Assembly: GCF_000260965.1 (NCBI RefSeq)
Contig: NC_017856.1
Span: forward strand, 2,130,001-2,162,000
Direction of reading: 5' to 3'
Length of the DNA: 32,000 nucleotides
Origin: Methylophaga frappieri
GTDB taxonomy: Bacteria > Pseudomonadota > Gammaproteobacteria > Nitrosococcales > Methylophagaceae
Shown: positions 22,490 through 32,000 of the stretch, in pieces
How the letters are laid out: each line of letters starts with the position of its first letter
How positions within the stretch are numbered: the first letter of the stretch is position 1
Translations under genes and position numbers: made by a program
Notes under the pieces: generated by a model
Told to the model about the DNA's origin: nothing
Databases searched by the model: none
What the model saw: the letters and a program-made list of their open reading frames with translations, nothing else

Positions 22490-22640
22490 AGTTGCTTGAG
22501 GTTGAAATATCAGACTGGAAGCCTAATTTATCGTTTGTTGGCTCGGTTTTGGGAGCGGCAAATGCTGAAAAAGCAATCAATGACGAGAACAAAAGCGTAA
22601 TACGGTAAACTAGTTTGATTCCAATACGGGATTTCACGTT

Positions 22641-23015
22641 GTGCAGCAAATAATGGCTATAGCGATTGGTGGCGCTTGTGGGGCGGTGCTGCGCTTTGTC
22701 GCTTCCAATGGTATCTATCGCGTCCTGGGCAGAGATTTTCCTTATGGCACGTTGGTGGTTAACGTGCTTGGTTCTTTGTTGATGGGGCTGTTATTTATTC
22801 TGTTAGTTGAAAGACTCAGTCTTTCGGCAGAATGGCGTGGTGCCATTTTGATTGGATTTTTGGGTGGGTTTACGACCTTCTCGACTTTTTCATTTGAAAC
22901 CTTGGCTTTAATGGAAAACGGTGACCTGCTAAAAGCGGGCACGAATATTTTTCTGAGCGTGTTGCTTTGTCTTAGTGCGACTTGGCTGGGAATAATAGTG
23001 GGGCGGCAGCTATGA
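22641..23015 (+). CDS. crcB: Fluoride ion channel CrcB/Fluc
   Basis: About 120 aa with four TM helices. Contains IGGACGAVLRF, GTLVVNVLGSLLMG and GFLGGFTTFSTF. The start is ambiguous: GTG at 22641 or ATG at 22653. Confidence 0.9.
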   Translation: MQQIMAIAIGGACGAVLRFVASNGIYRVLGRDFPYGTLVVNVLGSLLMGLLFILLVERLSLSAEWRGAILIGFLGGFTTFSTFSFETLALMENGDLLKAGTNIFLSVLLCLSATWLGIIVGRQL

Positions 23016-23308
23016 GTGATATCCTGATGGTCAGATTGTATCTGGCTGATGGCCGTGATGATATTCGCAAGTTAATGAAATGGTTGGAAACCGCGCAGAT
23101 GCGAGGCTTTACTGTATTTCGTGGTGTGGCTAGTCTTGGCCGCGATGGCCGGGTTCACAAAGCCAGCCTGTTAGATTTGTCCTCTGAATTACCGATGGTA
23201 ATTGAGTTTTTTGATACGCCGGAACGGGTGGCTGAATTGATGCCAACCCTGAAAACCATGATTAAACCCGATCACATTGTGAGTTGGCCGGCCCAAACTG
23301 GATTTTAG
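23012..23308 (+). CDS. DUF190 (PII-like fold) protein, crcB-associated
   Basis: I prefer the ATG at 23012 (MSDILMVRLYLADG...), which overlaps the crcB stop (ATGA). Family-like blocks are VFRGVASLGRDGRVH and LPMVIEFFDTPERVAELMPTL. The track start at 22982 lies inside crcB. Confidence 0.75.
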   Translation: MSDILMVRLYLADGRDDIRKLMKWLETAQMRGFTVFRGVASLGRDGRVHKASLLDLSSELPMVIEFFDTPERVAELMPTLKTMIKPDHIVSWPAQTGF

Positions 23309-25280
<1,972 letters not shown>

Positions 25281-25301
25281 TCAGAACAGATGTTGGAGTA
25301 A

Positions 25302-26483
25302 TTGTTGGATACTGTCGCTTATCAATCGCGTCGAATCGTTTCCGGAATGCGGCCTACAGGGAAATTGCATTTGGGACATTATCATGGCGTGTTAAAAAAC
25401 TGGATCAAACTCCAGCATGAATTTGACTGTTTCTTTTTTGTCGCTGACTGGCATGCCTTGAGCACCCATTATAGTGACAGCAAGGTAATTGAGAATAATG
25501 TCTGGGAAATGGTAACCGATTGGTTAGCGGCGGGTATCGAGCCCTCTGCCGCCTCCCTGTTTTTACAGTCAAAAGTGCCGGAACATGCTGAATTGCATCT
25601 GCTGTTGTCGATGATTACGCCTTTGTCCTGGTTAGAGCAGCTGCCATCTTACACCCAGGAACAAGCTAAAGCAGTAGATAAAAATTTGTCGACTTACGGA
25701 TTTTTAGGGCACCCATTGCTGCAAAGCGCTGACATTCTGATTTATCGCGCAGGCCAGGTGCCAGTGGGGCAAGATCAACTTGATCATGTCAGTTTTACTC
25801 GCCAAGTCGCTAACCGTTTTAACCATCTTTATGGTCGAGAGCCTGACTTTGAAGAACGGGCAGAGGCAGCGATAAAAAAAATGGGTAAGAAAAACGCCAA
25901 GCTTTACGAAACGTTACGAAAGAAATTTCTGGAACAAGGGGATACGGAAGCGCTGGAGACGGCCCGCGAATTATTAAAAACCCAACAAAACCTGGCGCTA
26001 GGTGATAGCGAGCGCTTATTTGGATATCTCGAAGGTGGCGGCAAGGTGATCCTGCCGGAACCGCAGGCATTATTAACGGATAGCGATAGTGTGCCGGGTA
26101 CAGATGGTCGAAAAATGTCCAATTCTCTGGCTAATATCATTTCGCTGCGTGAGTCAGATGACAGTCTCGCCCAAAAAATACGGGCAATGCCTATGAACAG
26201 GGAAACGTCAGCCGGCTGTCCAGTGTGTGATTTATTAGCGATTTATGAAGGTGATCCGAGTCAGGACTGTCAAAATAGTAGTCGGGATGATAGCGAGTGC
26301 AAAGAAACCTTGATCGAATTGTTATCCGCGGAATTAGCGCCGATTCGTGAGCGGGCGGAAGAGCTGGCCGGTCATCCGGAAGATATTCGTCGAATCATTG
26401 AAAGTGGCAGCGAAGAAGCCAGAGAAATTGCCCAAGAAACCTTGATTGAGGTGAAATCCGCGATGGGCATCAGTTATAAATAA
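25302..26483 (+). CDS. Tryptophanyl-tRNA synthetase, long form, with an insertion of about 65 aa, a KMSNS variant motif and a C-terminal four-Cys cluster
   Basis: 393 aa. TTG start with GGAG 4 nt upstream; an upstream ATG is stopped after 3 codons. Contains the HIGH-type motif HLGH (GKLHLGHYHG), VPVGQDQLDHV, and KMSNS in place of KMSKS. Compared with the neighbouring short trpS, an extra helical segment lies between NHLYGREPDF and ILPEPQ. Cys cluster: CPVC-x13-C-x9-C. Confidence 0.8.
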   Translation: MLDTVAYQSRRIVSGMRPTGKLHLGHYHGVLKNWIKLQHEFDCFFFVADWHALSTHYSDSKVIENNVWEMVTDWLAAGIEPSAASLFLQSKVPEHAELHLLLSMITPLSWLEQLPSYTQEQAKAVDKNLSTYGFLGHPLLQSADILIYRAGQVPVGQDQLDHVSFTRQVANRFNHLYGREPDFEERAEAAIKKMGKKNAKLYETLRKKFLEQGDTEALETARELLKTQQNLALGDSERLFGYLEGGGKVILPEPQALLTDSDSVPGTDGRKMSNSLANIISLRESDDSLAQKIRAMPMNRETSAGCPVCDLLAIYEGDPSQDCQNSSRDDSECKETLIELLSAELAPIRERAEELAGHPEDIRRIIESGSEEAREIAQETLIEVKSAMGISYK

Positions 26484-26515
26484 ACTGAATTGATACCCTG
26501 CCGGCTACCGCTTGT

Positions 26516-27532
26516 TTACGACAATCGGCGAATACCGGTCGCTGTGCGGATTTTTTCGAGTAATGGTTTACTGATAGCGCGCGCTTTATCCGCCCCTTGT
26601 TGCAGGATAGCTTCAATGTCATCAGGACGCGCCAGTAAATCATGGTAGCGTTCCCGAGCATCACCGATTTCTTCGTTGATTAACGCAAATAATTGTTTTT
26701 TGGCATCCCCCCAGCCAATCCCGTCAGCAAAAGCCTGACGCATGTCTGAGGTTTGCTCGGGGCTGGCAAAGGCCTGCCAGATTTGAAAAACCGTTGAGCT
26801 ATCCGGATCTTTGGGCTCGCCCGGTTCAAGCAAATTGGTTTTGATTTTATTGATGTGCTTTTGCAGCTGTTTCTCAGTTAAGAACAATGGAATGGTATTG
26901 TTGTAACTCTTGCTCATTTTACGACCATCGAGGCCTTGCAGGACGGCAACATTGTCATCAACTTGATAGTCGGGCAAGGCCAGCAACGGCGCTTTTTTGC
27001 AATAAATATGGTTAAAACGCGCTGCAATATCGCGCGCCATTTCAACATGTTGGATTTGGTCTTTACCGACGGGGACTTTATTGGCGTTGAACATCAGAAT
27101 ATCGGCCGCCATTAAGACCGGATAACTAAACAGCCCCATGGTAATCGCTTTGTCGGCATCTTCCTGCTCAGCCAGATTGGCATCCACGGCAGCTTTGTAA
27201 GCATGAGCCCGATTCATTAAGCCCTTGGCACAGACACAGGTGAGGATCCACATGAGTTCCGGGATTTCCGCAATATCTGACTGGCGGTAAAACACGGATC
27301 TATCGATATCCAAGCCTAAGGCAAGCCAGGTTGCGGCGATTTCTCTGGTCGACTGGTTTAGCGCCTCGGGATCCTGACATTTAATCAGAGCATGAAAGTC
27401 AGCCAGAAAATAGAACGTGTCGGTATCGGTTTGGCGACTTGCAGCGATGGCGGGACGAATAGCGCCCACATAATTACCCAAATGGGGGGTGCCCGTCGTG
27501 GTGATGCCTGTTAATACGCGTTGATTAGTCAT
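26516..27532 (-). CDS. trpS: Tryptophanyl-tRNA synthetase, short canonical form
   Basis: 338 aa. Contains [17 protein letters not shown] (HIGH-type), [18 protein letters not shown] and a canonical KMSKS. Closely resembles the Pseudomonas-type TrpRS as I recall it. Confidence 0.9.
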   Translation of the reverse strand: MTNQRVLTGITTTGTPHLGNYVGAIRPAIAASRQTDTDTFYFLADFHALIKCQDPEALNQSTREIAATWLALGLDIDRSVFYRQSDIAEIPELMWILTCVCAKGLMNRAHAYKAAVDANLAEQEDADKAITMGLFSYPVLMAADILMFNANKVPVGKDQIQHVEMARDIAARFNHIYCKKAPLLALPDYQVDDNVAVLQGLDGRKMSKSYNNTIPLFLTEKQLQKHINKIKTNLLEPGEPKDPDSSTVFQIWQAFASPEQTSDMRQAFADGIGWGDAKKQLFALINEEIGDARERYHDLLARPDDIEAILQQGADKARAISKPLLEKIRTATGIRRLS

Positions 27533-27764
27533 GAGATGATTTGTTTGTAGTCAAGCTTGGCGATAATAACCAATGAACCTTGTTATGCCTAGGGCTGTTG
27601 GACTGATTCTGACAGATTTTTTCGTAAGATTCCCTCTCCCTAGACTAAAAAGTTTACAATATCCGCAAACTGATTCGCTGTAATGCGTGGCAGCACTAAG
27701 TCAAACGGGCAACACATAACCTGCGGGTAATGTGGCAATTAACACGATGTCGGGAGACAACGAA

Positions 27765-28682
27765 ATGGCAGAAAGAATTCAAAAAGTATTGGCACGGGCG
27801 GGTTATGGATCACGCCGGCAGCTGGAAACCTGGATTGAACAAGGTAAAGTATTGGTTAACGGTGAGCCCGCAATATTAGGGGCACAAATCAGTGAAGGAG
27901 ACACCGTTCGGCTCGATGGCAAACCCTGCTCACCAAAACGTTTATGGCAGCAACCGCAACAGGTTCTGTTGTATCACAAGCCTGTCGGTGAGGTGTGTAC
28001 CCGCAGTGACCCGGAAGGCCGTCGGACTATTTATCAATCGCTACCAGCACCAGAACAAGGTCGTTGGGTGAGCGTTGGTCGTCTGGATTTGAATACCAGT
28101 GGTTTGATTATTCTGACCACAGATGGTGAACTCGCCAATCAACTCATGCACCCATCTAATGCCATGGACAGAGAGTATGCGGTACGTGTCTTGGGTGAAG
28201 TGACTCCAGAAATGATGCAGCAACTCAGGGATGGTATTTTGCTGGAAGATGGCGAAGCCAAATTTGCTGATATTCAGGAGTCGGGTGGCGAAGGCGCAAA
28301 TCACTGGTATCACGTGGTGATCCAAGAGGGCCGCAATCGTGAAGTCCGCCGTTTATGGGAAGCGGTTGGCGTTCAAGTCAGCCGTCTGATGCGGTTGCGC
28401 TATGGTCCAGTTATTATGCCGAATAAGCTCAAGCCCGGTCGCTGGATGCTTTTGGAAGGCAAAGAACTGGATTACCTTTATGAAGAAGCAGGTCTGAAAC
28501 CCAGCAGGGCGAATGTGAAACCAGCTTCCCGTCAGCGCAATAAATCTAATGAAGCCAAAAACACGATTTGGCAAAGTGCTGGTAAACAGGAAAATACCGC
28601 CCCAACAAAACGGGGCGTCAAAAAACAGCGGCCAGAGAAGTTTAATCCGCGTAAAGCGCCAAGAATCCGTGGCCGGGATTAA
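27765..28682 (+). CDS. rluB: 23S rRNA pseudouridine synthase B (RsuA/RluB family)
   Basis: Contains an S4 domain (RIQKVLARAGYGSRRQLETWI), the catalytic motif GRLDLNTSGLIILT, and a basic C-terminal tail. I prefer the ATG at 27765 (SD GGGAGA 7 nt upstream) over the track GTG at 27732. Confidence 0.85.
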   Translation: MAERIQKVLARAGYGSRRQLETWIEQGKVLVNGEPAILGAQISEGDTVRLDGKPCSPKRLWQQPQQVLLYHKPVGEVCTRSDPEGRRTIYQSLPAPEQGRWVSVGRLDLNTSGLIILTTDGELANQLMHPSNAMDREYAVRVLGEVTPEMMQQLRDGILLEDGEAKFADIQESGGEGANHWYHVVIQEGRNREVRRLWEAVGVQVSRLMRLRYGPVIMPNKLKPGRWMLLEGKELDYLYEEAGLKPSRANVKPASRQRNKSNEAKNTIWQSAGKQENTAPTKRGVKKQRPEKFNPRKAPRIRGRD

Positions 28683-29620
28683 AAACCAGCAATATCAGCG
28701 GCATTGACAACTTGATTTCTGCCCTGAGCTTTGGCGTGATAAAGCGCTCTATCTGCCCGGTCAAAAAGCTGGAAGGTATTTTCTTCGGATGTCATCTGGG
28801 CCAGACCGATACTGATGGTCATGGAAAAGCTGCGCAGGCCGTCATGACAAGTCAGCTCACTGATGTTTTGGCGTAACCGGTCAGCGACCGCTATCGACTT
28901 TTCCGCGTCACTATGACTGAGGATGACGGCAAACTCTTCGCCGCCATAACGAAAGGCAATATCACTGCGTCTTAAGCAAGAGGCCAGGGTTTGACCAATC
29001 AGGGTCAGTGCCCTGTCACCACTGTTATGGCCGTAAGCATCATTGATACTCTTGAAATGATCGACATCAATGACGACCAGAGTCAGGGGTAATTGCAACC
29101 GTCTCGCTAAGTCAATTTCACGATCTAAATGCTGGTCAAAAGCCTGCCGGTTAGGCATACCAGTTAATTTATCAGTCATCGCCGAGGCAAGTGCATCCTG
29201 ATATTGCAAACAATTGCGTAGTGGATAAACAACCTTACACAAGGCTTCTTCGATTAATAAAATATCGGTTTCTGAAAGGCGTTGGCTACGGACAATGCTC
29301 AGCTTGCCAAGTGACTGAGCGTCAATTTCTAGCTGATAATGGCAACTGTGCCGAGCTTGGTTGCCAATGCGAATATCCAGCTGTCTATCTGGATTTTGCA
29401 GACGAATACCGTCATTACCGATGAGTTTGTATAATTGCTGATGAAATAACTGCAGCAATTGTCGTGTGTCTAATGTGCTTTGCAGCAACATAGCGAGTGA
29501 CGACAAAATGGAATCGACATCCGTTATCGTGTCATCAACGGCCTGCTGGGAAAGCAGACGCAGATTAGCGGAGTTTGAGGGAGAAATTGATTGCATTGCA
29601 CTTGCCTTTTGACCGTACAT
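28679..29620 (-). CDS. Diguanylate cyclase (GGDEF domain) with an N-terminal GAF-like sensory domain
   Basis: 313 aa. Active site GGEEF (RYGGEEFAVIL). An RxxD inhibitory site (RRSD) lies 5 residues upstream. Also contains DHFKSINDAYGH. No TM segments. The N-terminal 130 aa or so looks GAF-like by eye. Confidence 0.85.
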   Translation of the reverse strand: MYGQKASAMQSISPSNSANLRLLSQQAVDDTITDVDSILSSLAMLLQSTLDTRQLLQLFHQQLYKLIGNDGIRLQNPDRQLDIRIGNQARHSCHYQLEIDAQSLGKLSIVRSQRLSETDILLIEEALCKVVYPLRNCLQYQDALASAMTDKLTGMPNRQAFDQHLDREIDLARRLQLPLTLVVIDVDHFKSINDAYGHNSGDRALTLIGQTLASCLRRSDIAFRYGGEEFAVILSHSDAEKSIAVADRLRQNISELTCHDGLRSFSMTISIGLAQMTSEENTFQLFDRADRALYHAKAQGRNQVVNAADIAGF

Positions 29621-29654
29621 GCAACTTTCTAGCGAAATTTATGCCATCCCGAAA

Positions 29655-29690
29655 ATAACGATATAAAACAGATAAATAAAATATCTGTCA
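29655..29690 (-). terminator. Weak candidate intrinsic terminator after the SDR gene
   Basis: AT-rich 7-bp inverted repeat ACAGATA / TATCTGT (29668-29674 and 29682-29688) overlapping the SDR stop. On the minus strand it is followed by TTTATAT...TTATTTT. The predicted stability is low. Confidence 0.3.
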
Positions 29691-30431
29691 GAGAATTGAC
29701 AGTGCCGACACACATTGACCATGCAAGTGATGGCTGTTTGCTGTAGCCAAGTAAAGATAGGCGGGGGCAACAGCAGAAGGGGCAGGTAAGTCATCGGGAT
29801 TACGCGCTGGATAAGCACGACTAAATAGTGCGGTTCGGGTTTGACCCGGATCCAGACAAAAGACTTTGATGTTGCCGGCCGCTTCGAATTCACGCGCTAA
29901 CTGCTGGCAGAGGTTTTCAATGCCGGCTTTGCTAGTCCCGTAAGCGCCCCAGTACGCCTTGTTTTGATTGCTGTCAGTAGTGAAGATGATCATGCCCGGT
30001 TTTTCTCGTGCACAGTTTTGTAACAGGGGTAGACAGGATTTTGTTAACAGAAACGGGGCCGTTAAATTGACCTGTAATGTTTCCAGCCACAGCCGACTAT
30101 CTTGATGTATTGTCGGAGACAGCTGACCTAATGTCGCTGCACAATGAACAATGCCATCAAGACGGCCAAAGCTTTGCTCAATTTTCGCCGCCATATTGAT
30201 ATAGTCAGATGCGGTAGCCCCTTTCATATCAAGCGGATACAATGCAGGCTCCGCACTATTGTCTGCAACAATTGTATCGTAGAGACTTTCTAGTGCAGGT
30301 AAATTTTTATCAAGGAGTATGACGGTTGCGCCATGGTGGGCGTAGGACTTTGCCACCTCACTACCGATGCCGCCTGCGGCACCGGTAATAAGAATGACTT
30401 TATTGTTGAGCAGTGTTGTCTCAGCCGACAT
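29688..30431 (-). CDS. YciK-like short-chain dehydrogenase/reductase
   Basis: Contains TGAAGGIG (Rossmann fold) and YGTSK (YxxxK). Overall it resembles E. coli YciK. I prefer the ATG at 30431 (MSAETTLLNNKVILITG). The track start at 30482 would overlap the upstream gene by 38 nt. Confidence 0.8.
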   Translation of the reverse strand: MSAETTLLNNKVILITGAAGGIGSEVAKSYAHHGATVILLDKNLPALESLYDTIVADNSAEPALYPLDMKGATASDYINMAAKIEQSFGRLDGIVHCAATLGQLSPTIHQDSRLWLETLQVNLTAPFLLTKSCLPLLQNCAREKPGMIIFTTDSNQNKAYWGAYGTSKAGIENLCQQLAREFEAAGNIKVFCLDPGQTRTALFSRAYPARNPDDLPAPSAVAPAYLYLATANSHHLHGQCVSALSIL

Positions 30432-30444
30432 CGGCAAAGACGAA

Positions 30445-30816
30445 TTATTTCGGTTCAAATTGGCTAAATGCCACTGCACCATTGTGGAGTTGAACGGTCA
30501 GCAACCCTTCGTCAGTTTCCCACTCATAGAAAATCACTTCAAAACTATCAACACCCGTCACTTGTTTTAAATCAGGTTCACCAAGCATCTCGAGAAGTTG
30601 TGCTTCAGTCATACCTCGTTCAACATTATCTGCTGTTTGAGCATCCATTTCAGCTGATTCGGACATGTTTCCAGCAGTATCATCAGTAGAAACAACATCG
30701 GCTGCAGTTTCTTCTACGGCATCATTATCGTTGTCTTGTGATTCATCATTACTGCAGGCAATCAGGGCAAAACTGATAAATAAACTGGTCAATAGTAAAC
30801 GCATACGATTTAACAT
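30445..30816 (-). CDS. Small acidic lipoprotein with a C-terminal BamE/SmpA-OmlA-like (or DUF3862-like) domain
   Basis: 123 aa. Signal peptide plus lipobox (SFALIAC), then a D/E-rich linker of about 45 aa, then GMTEAQLLEMLGEPD...YEWETDEGLLTVQLHNG. An SD-like AGGG lies 6 nt upstream of the ATG. Confidence 0.6.
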   Translation of the reverse strand: MLNRMRLLLTSLFISFALIACSNDESQDNDNDAVEETAADVVSTDDTAGNMSESAEMDAQTADNVERGMTEAQLLEMLGEPDLKQVTGVDSFEVIFYEWETDEGLLTVQLHNGAVAFSQFEPK

Positions 30817-30886
30817 TACTCACCCTTCTGTTGGTTTATAAAGATATCCAGTATAGCAAGCTAACAGGACGATTTCGACAAATACA

Positions 30887-32000
30887 TCAGGATTTTATCA
30901 TCGTTTTAGATAACTGTTCGACACAATACAATCCGTTATCGACTGCGGTCTCTAGGGTGGCAGGATACGGATGTTGAACGATGTCACCAGCTAACCACAG
31001 ATTATCGAGTGGTGTCTGACAGGATGGACGGTTTTGTTGTGTTTGAGGTGTGCAGGCAAAGGTGGCTTTTTTTTCTCGAATAATCAATGAATCAATAGGT
31101 CGCTCAGGCCAGTTAGGCAAGTGCGCGGAGAGTTCATCGCAAACGATAGCCATAAGTCTGCTTCGAGGCCAATCAAGATGAGGGCCAGGGCCGCTAACGA
31201 CAACGGCAACCAAGCCGGAGCGACGCGGGTTTAGATCAAATAGCCATTGCGCAACACCGCCGGAAAACCCCATTATTGAGGCTGTCGGCTGCGTGCCAGC
31301 CGGATATTGCAGATATAACGTGCAGATAGGATTTTCAGTAATGGTTTTCTGTTCAATGCCTGCCGGGAGCAATTTTGTTAGTGAGGCAGGAGTTAGCGCC
31401 AAAATAACGTGATCGGCCTGAAATGACTGCCCAGTCTGGTCTTCAATGCGGCTGACGCGATTAGCTTCGGTATGGATTTTGGTAATGCGTTTCTGGTAGT
31501 GAATACTGCCACCATGTGCCGTAATAAAACGCGCAGCTGGCACGGGTAAAATGTCGCCGAGTGGAATGCGGGGGATTAACAACTCGCTTGCCATTCCATT
31601 CGAAAACAAGGCCTGATTAAGAACCGTTGCAAAGACCGCCGCGCTCGCCTGTTTAATGGGCGTATTCAGCATAGCAAGACACAGCGGCTCCCAGATCTGC
31701 TGAATGAGTCGCTCCGGTTGCCGCGTCCGATGGCACAACTGAGCGACGGTTTCGTCTGTCAGGTTGTCTGGCAAACGAATGATACGTTGGAACCGAGCAA
31801 CGGCGATAACCGATGCCCAGCCGCCGGATTGAAACAGGTTAATGGCGAGGTTAATTAGGCGAGGGCCAACGCCTCGGCTGCTGAGCACTAAATCTGGAAA
31901 ACGCGGGTCTTTCATCCGCAGATCTGGCTGCTGGTGAAAAAACACGGTATCGGGGTTAACGCCAATACGATCAAGTAGCGCTAACATCTGTTGATAGGCG
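30887..32000 (-). CDS. FAD-dependent oxidoreductase of the amine-oxidase/phytoene-desaturase superfamily, HpnE (hydroxysqualene dehydroxylase)-like; N-terminus outside the window
   Basis: The frame stays open upstream of the track ATG at 31987 (...AYQQM...) to the window edge, and the N-terminal GxGxxG Rossmann part is missing. The gene is therefore truncated by the window. C-terminal FAD motif: NLWLAGDIVQHPYPATLETAVDNG. The HpnE assignment rests on remembered family resemblance only. Confidence 0.55.
   Translation of the reverse strand, partial: AYQQMLALLDRIGVNPDTVFFHQQPDLRMKDPRFPDLVLSSRGVGPRLINLAINLFQSGGWASVIAVARFQRIIRLPDNLTDETVAQLCHRTRQPERLIQQIWEPLCLAMLNTPIKQASAAVFATVLNQALFSNGMASELLIPRIPLGDILPVPAARFITAHGGSIHYQKRITKIHTEANRVSRIEDQTGQSFQADHVILALTPASLTKLLPAGIEQKTITENPICTLYLQYPAGTQPTASIMGFSGGVAQWLFDLNPRRSGLVAVVVSGPGPHLDWPRSRLMAIVCDELSAHLPNWPERPIDSLIIREKKATFACTPQTQQNRPSCQTPLDNLWLAGDIVQHPYPATLETAVDNGLYCVEQLSKTMIKS

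Noticed and set aside
22541-22596. A fluoride (crcB-motif) riboswitch upstream of crcB.
   Set aside because: Only a loose resemblance is present (a small hairpin, then UGCU-GAAAA-AGCA followed by AAUGAC). The conserved 5' GGnGAUG core and the correct pseudoknot spacing are absent by eye. I do not call it as a feature. A cmsearch with RF01734 would settle it.
22446-22649. A 67-aa minus-strand ORF in the fba-crcB spacer with a signal-peptide-like stretch (LLFSSLIAFSAFAAP).
   Set aside because: It needs a TTG start that overlaps the crcB start, has no internal ATG and no SD, and its 3' end overlaps the fba coding region. It is most likely chance. Only ribosome profiling or proteomics could rescue it.
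27533-27764. The 230-bp spacer between divergent trpS and rluB, including a 37-codon ORF (27573..27686). I considered a possible leader peptide or attenuator for trpS.
   Set aside because: The small ORF is on the rluB strand, has no SD and no Trp codons, and no alternative terminator/antiterminator hairpins are evident. There is no support for attenuation.

Overview
This is a dense segment of core chromosome, almost entirely housekeeping, most likely from a gammaproteobacterium. GC looks mid-to-high 40s % by eye; I did not compute it. I support 32 protein-coding genes. I saw no tRNA or rRNA gene, CRISPR array, IS or transposase, integrase, phage gene, toxin-antitoxin pair or obvious defence island.

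Gene content, left to right:
- mltD (partial, minus strand; missed by the ORF track because it runs off the window)
- a translationally coupled DUF2797-pyrD-mscS trio
- gloB, divergent from a yafS-like methyltransferase, then rnhA and dnaQ
- the heat-shock operon grpE-dnaK-dnaJ with two near-consensus sigma-32 promoters, then dapB
- mrcB (PBP1B) with a stop/start-overlapping TPR lipoprotein that looks like an LpoP-type activator
- a thioredoxin-fold CxxC protein
- the central-carbon cluster tkt-gap-pgk-pyk-fba
- crcB-DUF190
- serS, an M50 protease and a long-form TrpRS, converging on a second, short-form trpS
- rluB
- a GAF-like GGDEF cyclase, a YciK-like SDR and an acidic lipoprotein
- a partial HpnE-like FAD oxidoreductase at the right edge

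I do not see a clearly novel multi-gene system here. The leads worth following are:
1. Two anciently diverged TrpRS genes sit tail to tail. The long form has KMSNS and a four-Cys cluster.
2. An abrupt codon-usage switch inside tkt suggests either a mosaic gene or extreme translational optimisation.
3. The LpoP-like lipoprotein is coupled to mrcB.
4. The Cys-rich DUF2797 protein is coupled to pyrD.
5. The crcB-DUF190 pair has no recognisable fluoride riboswitch.

Several track ORFs carry spurious TTG/GTG N-terminal extensions, and I re-called those starts.
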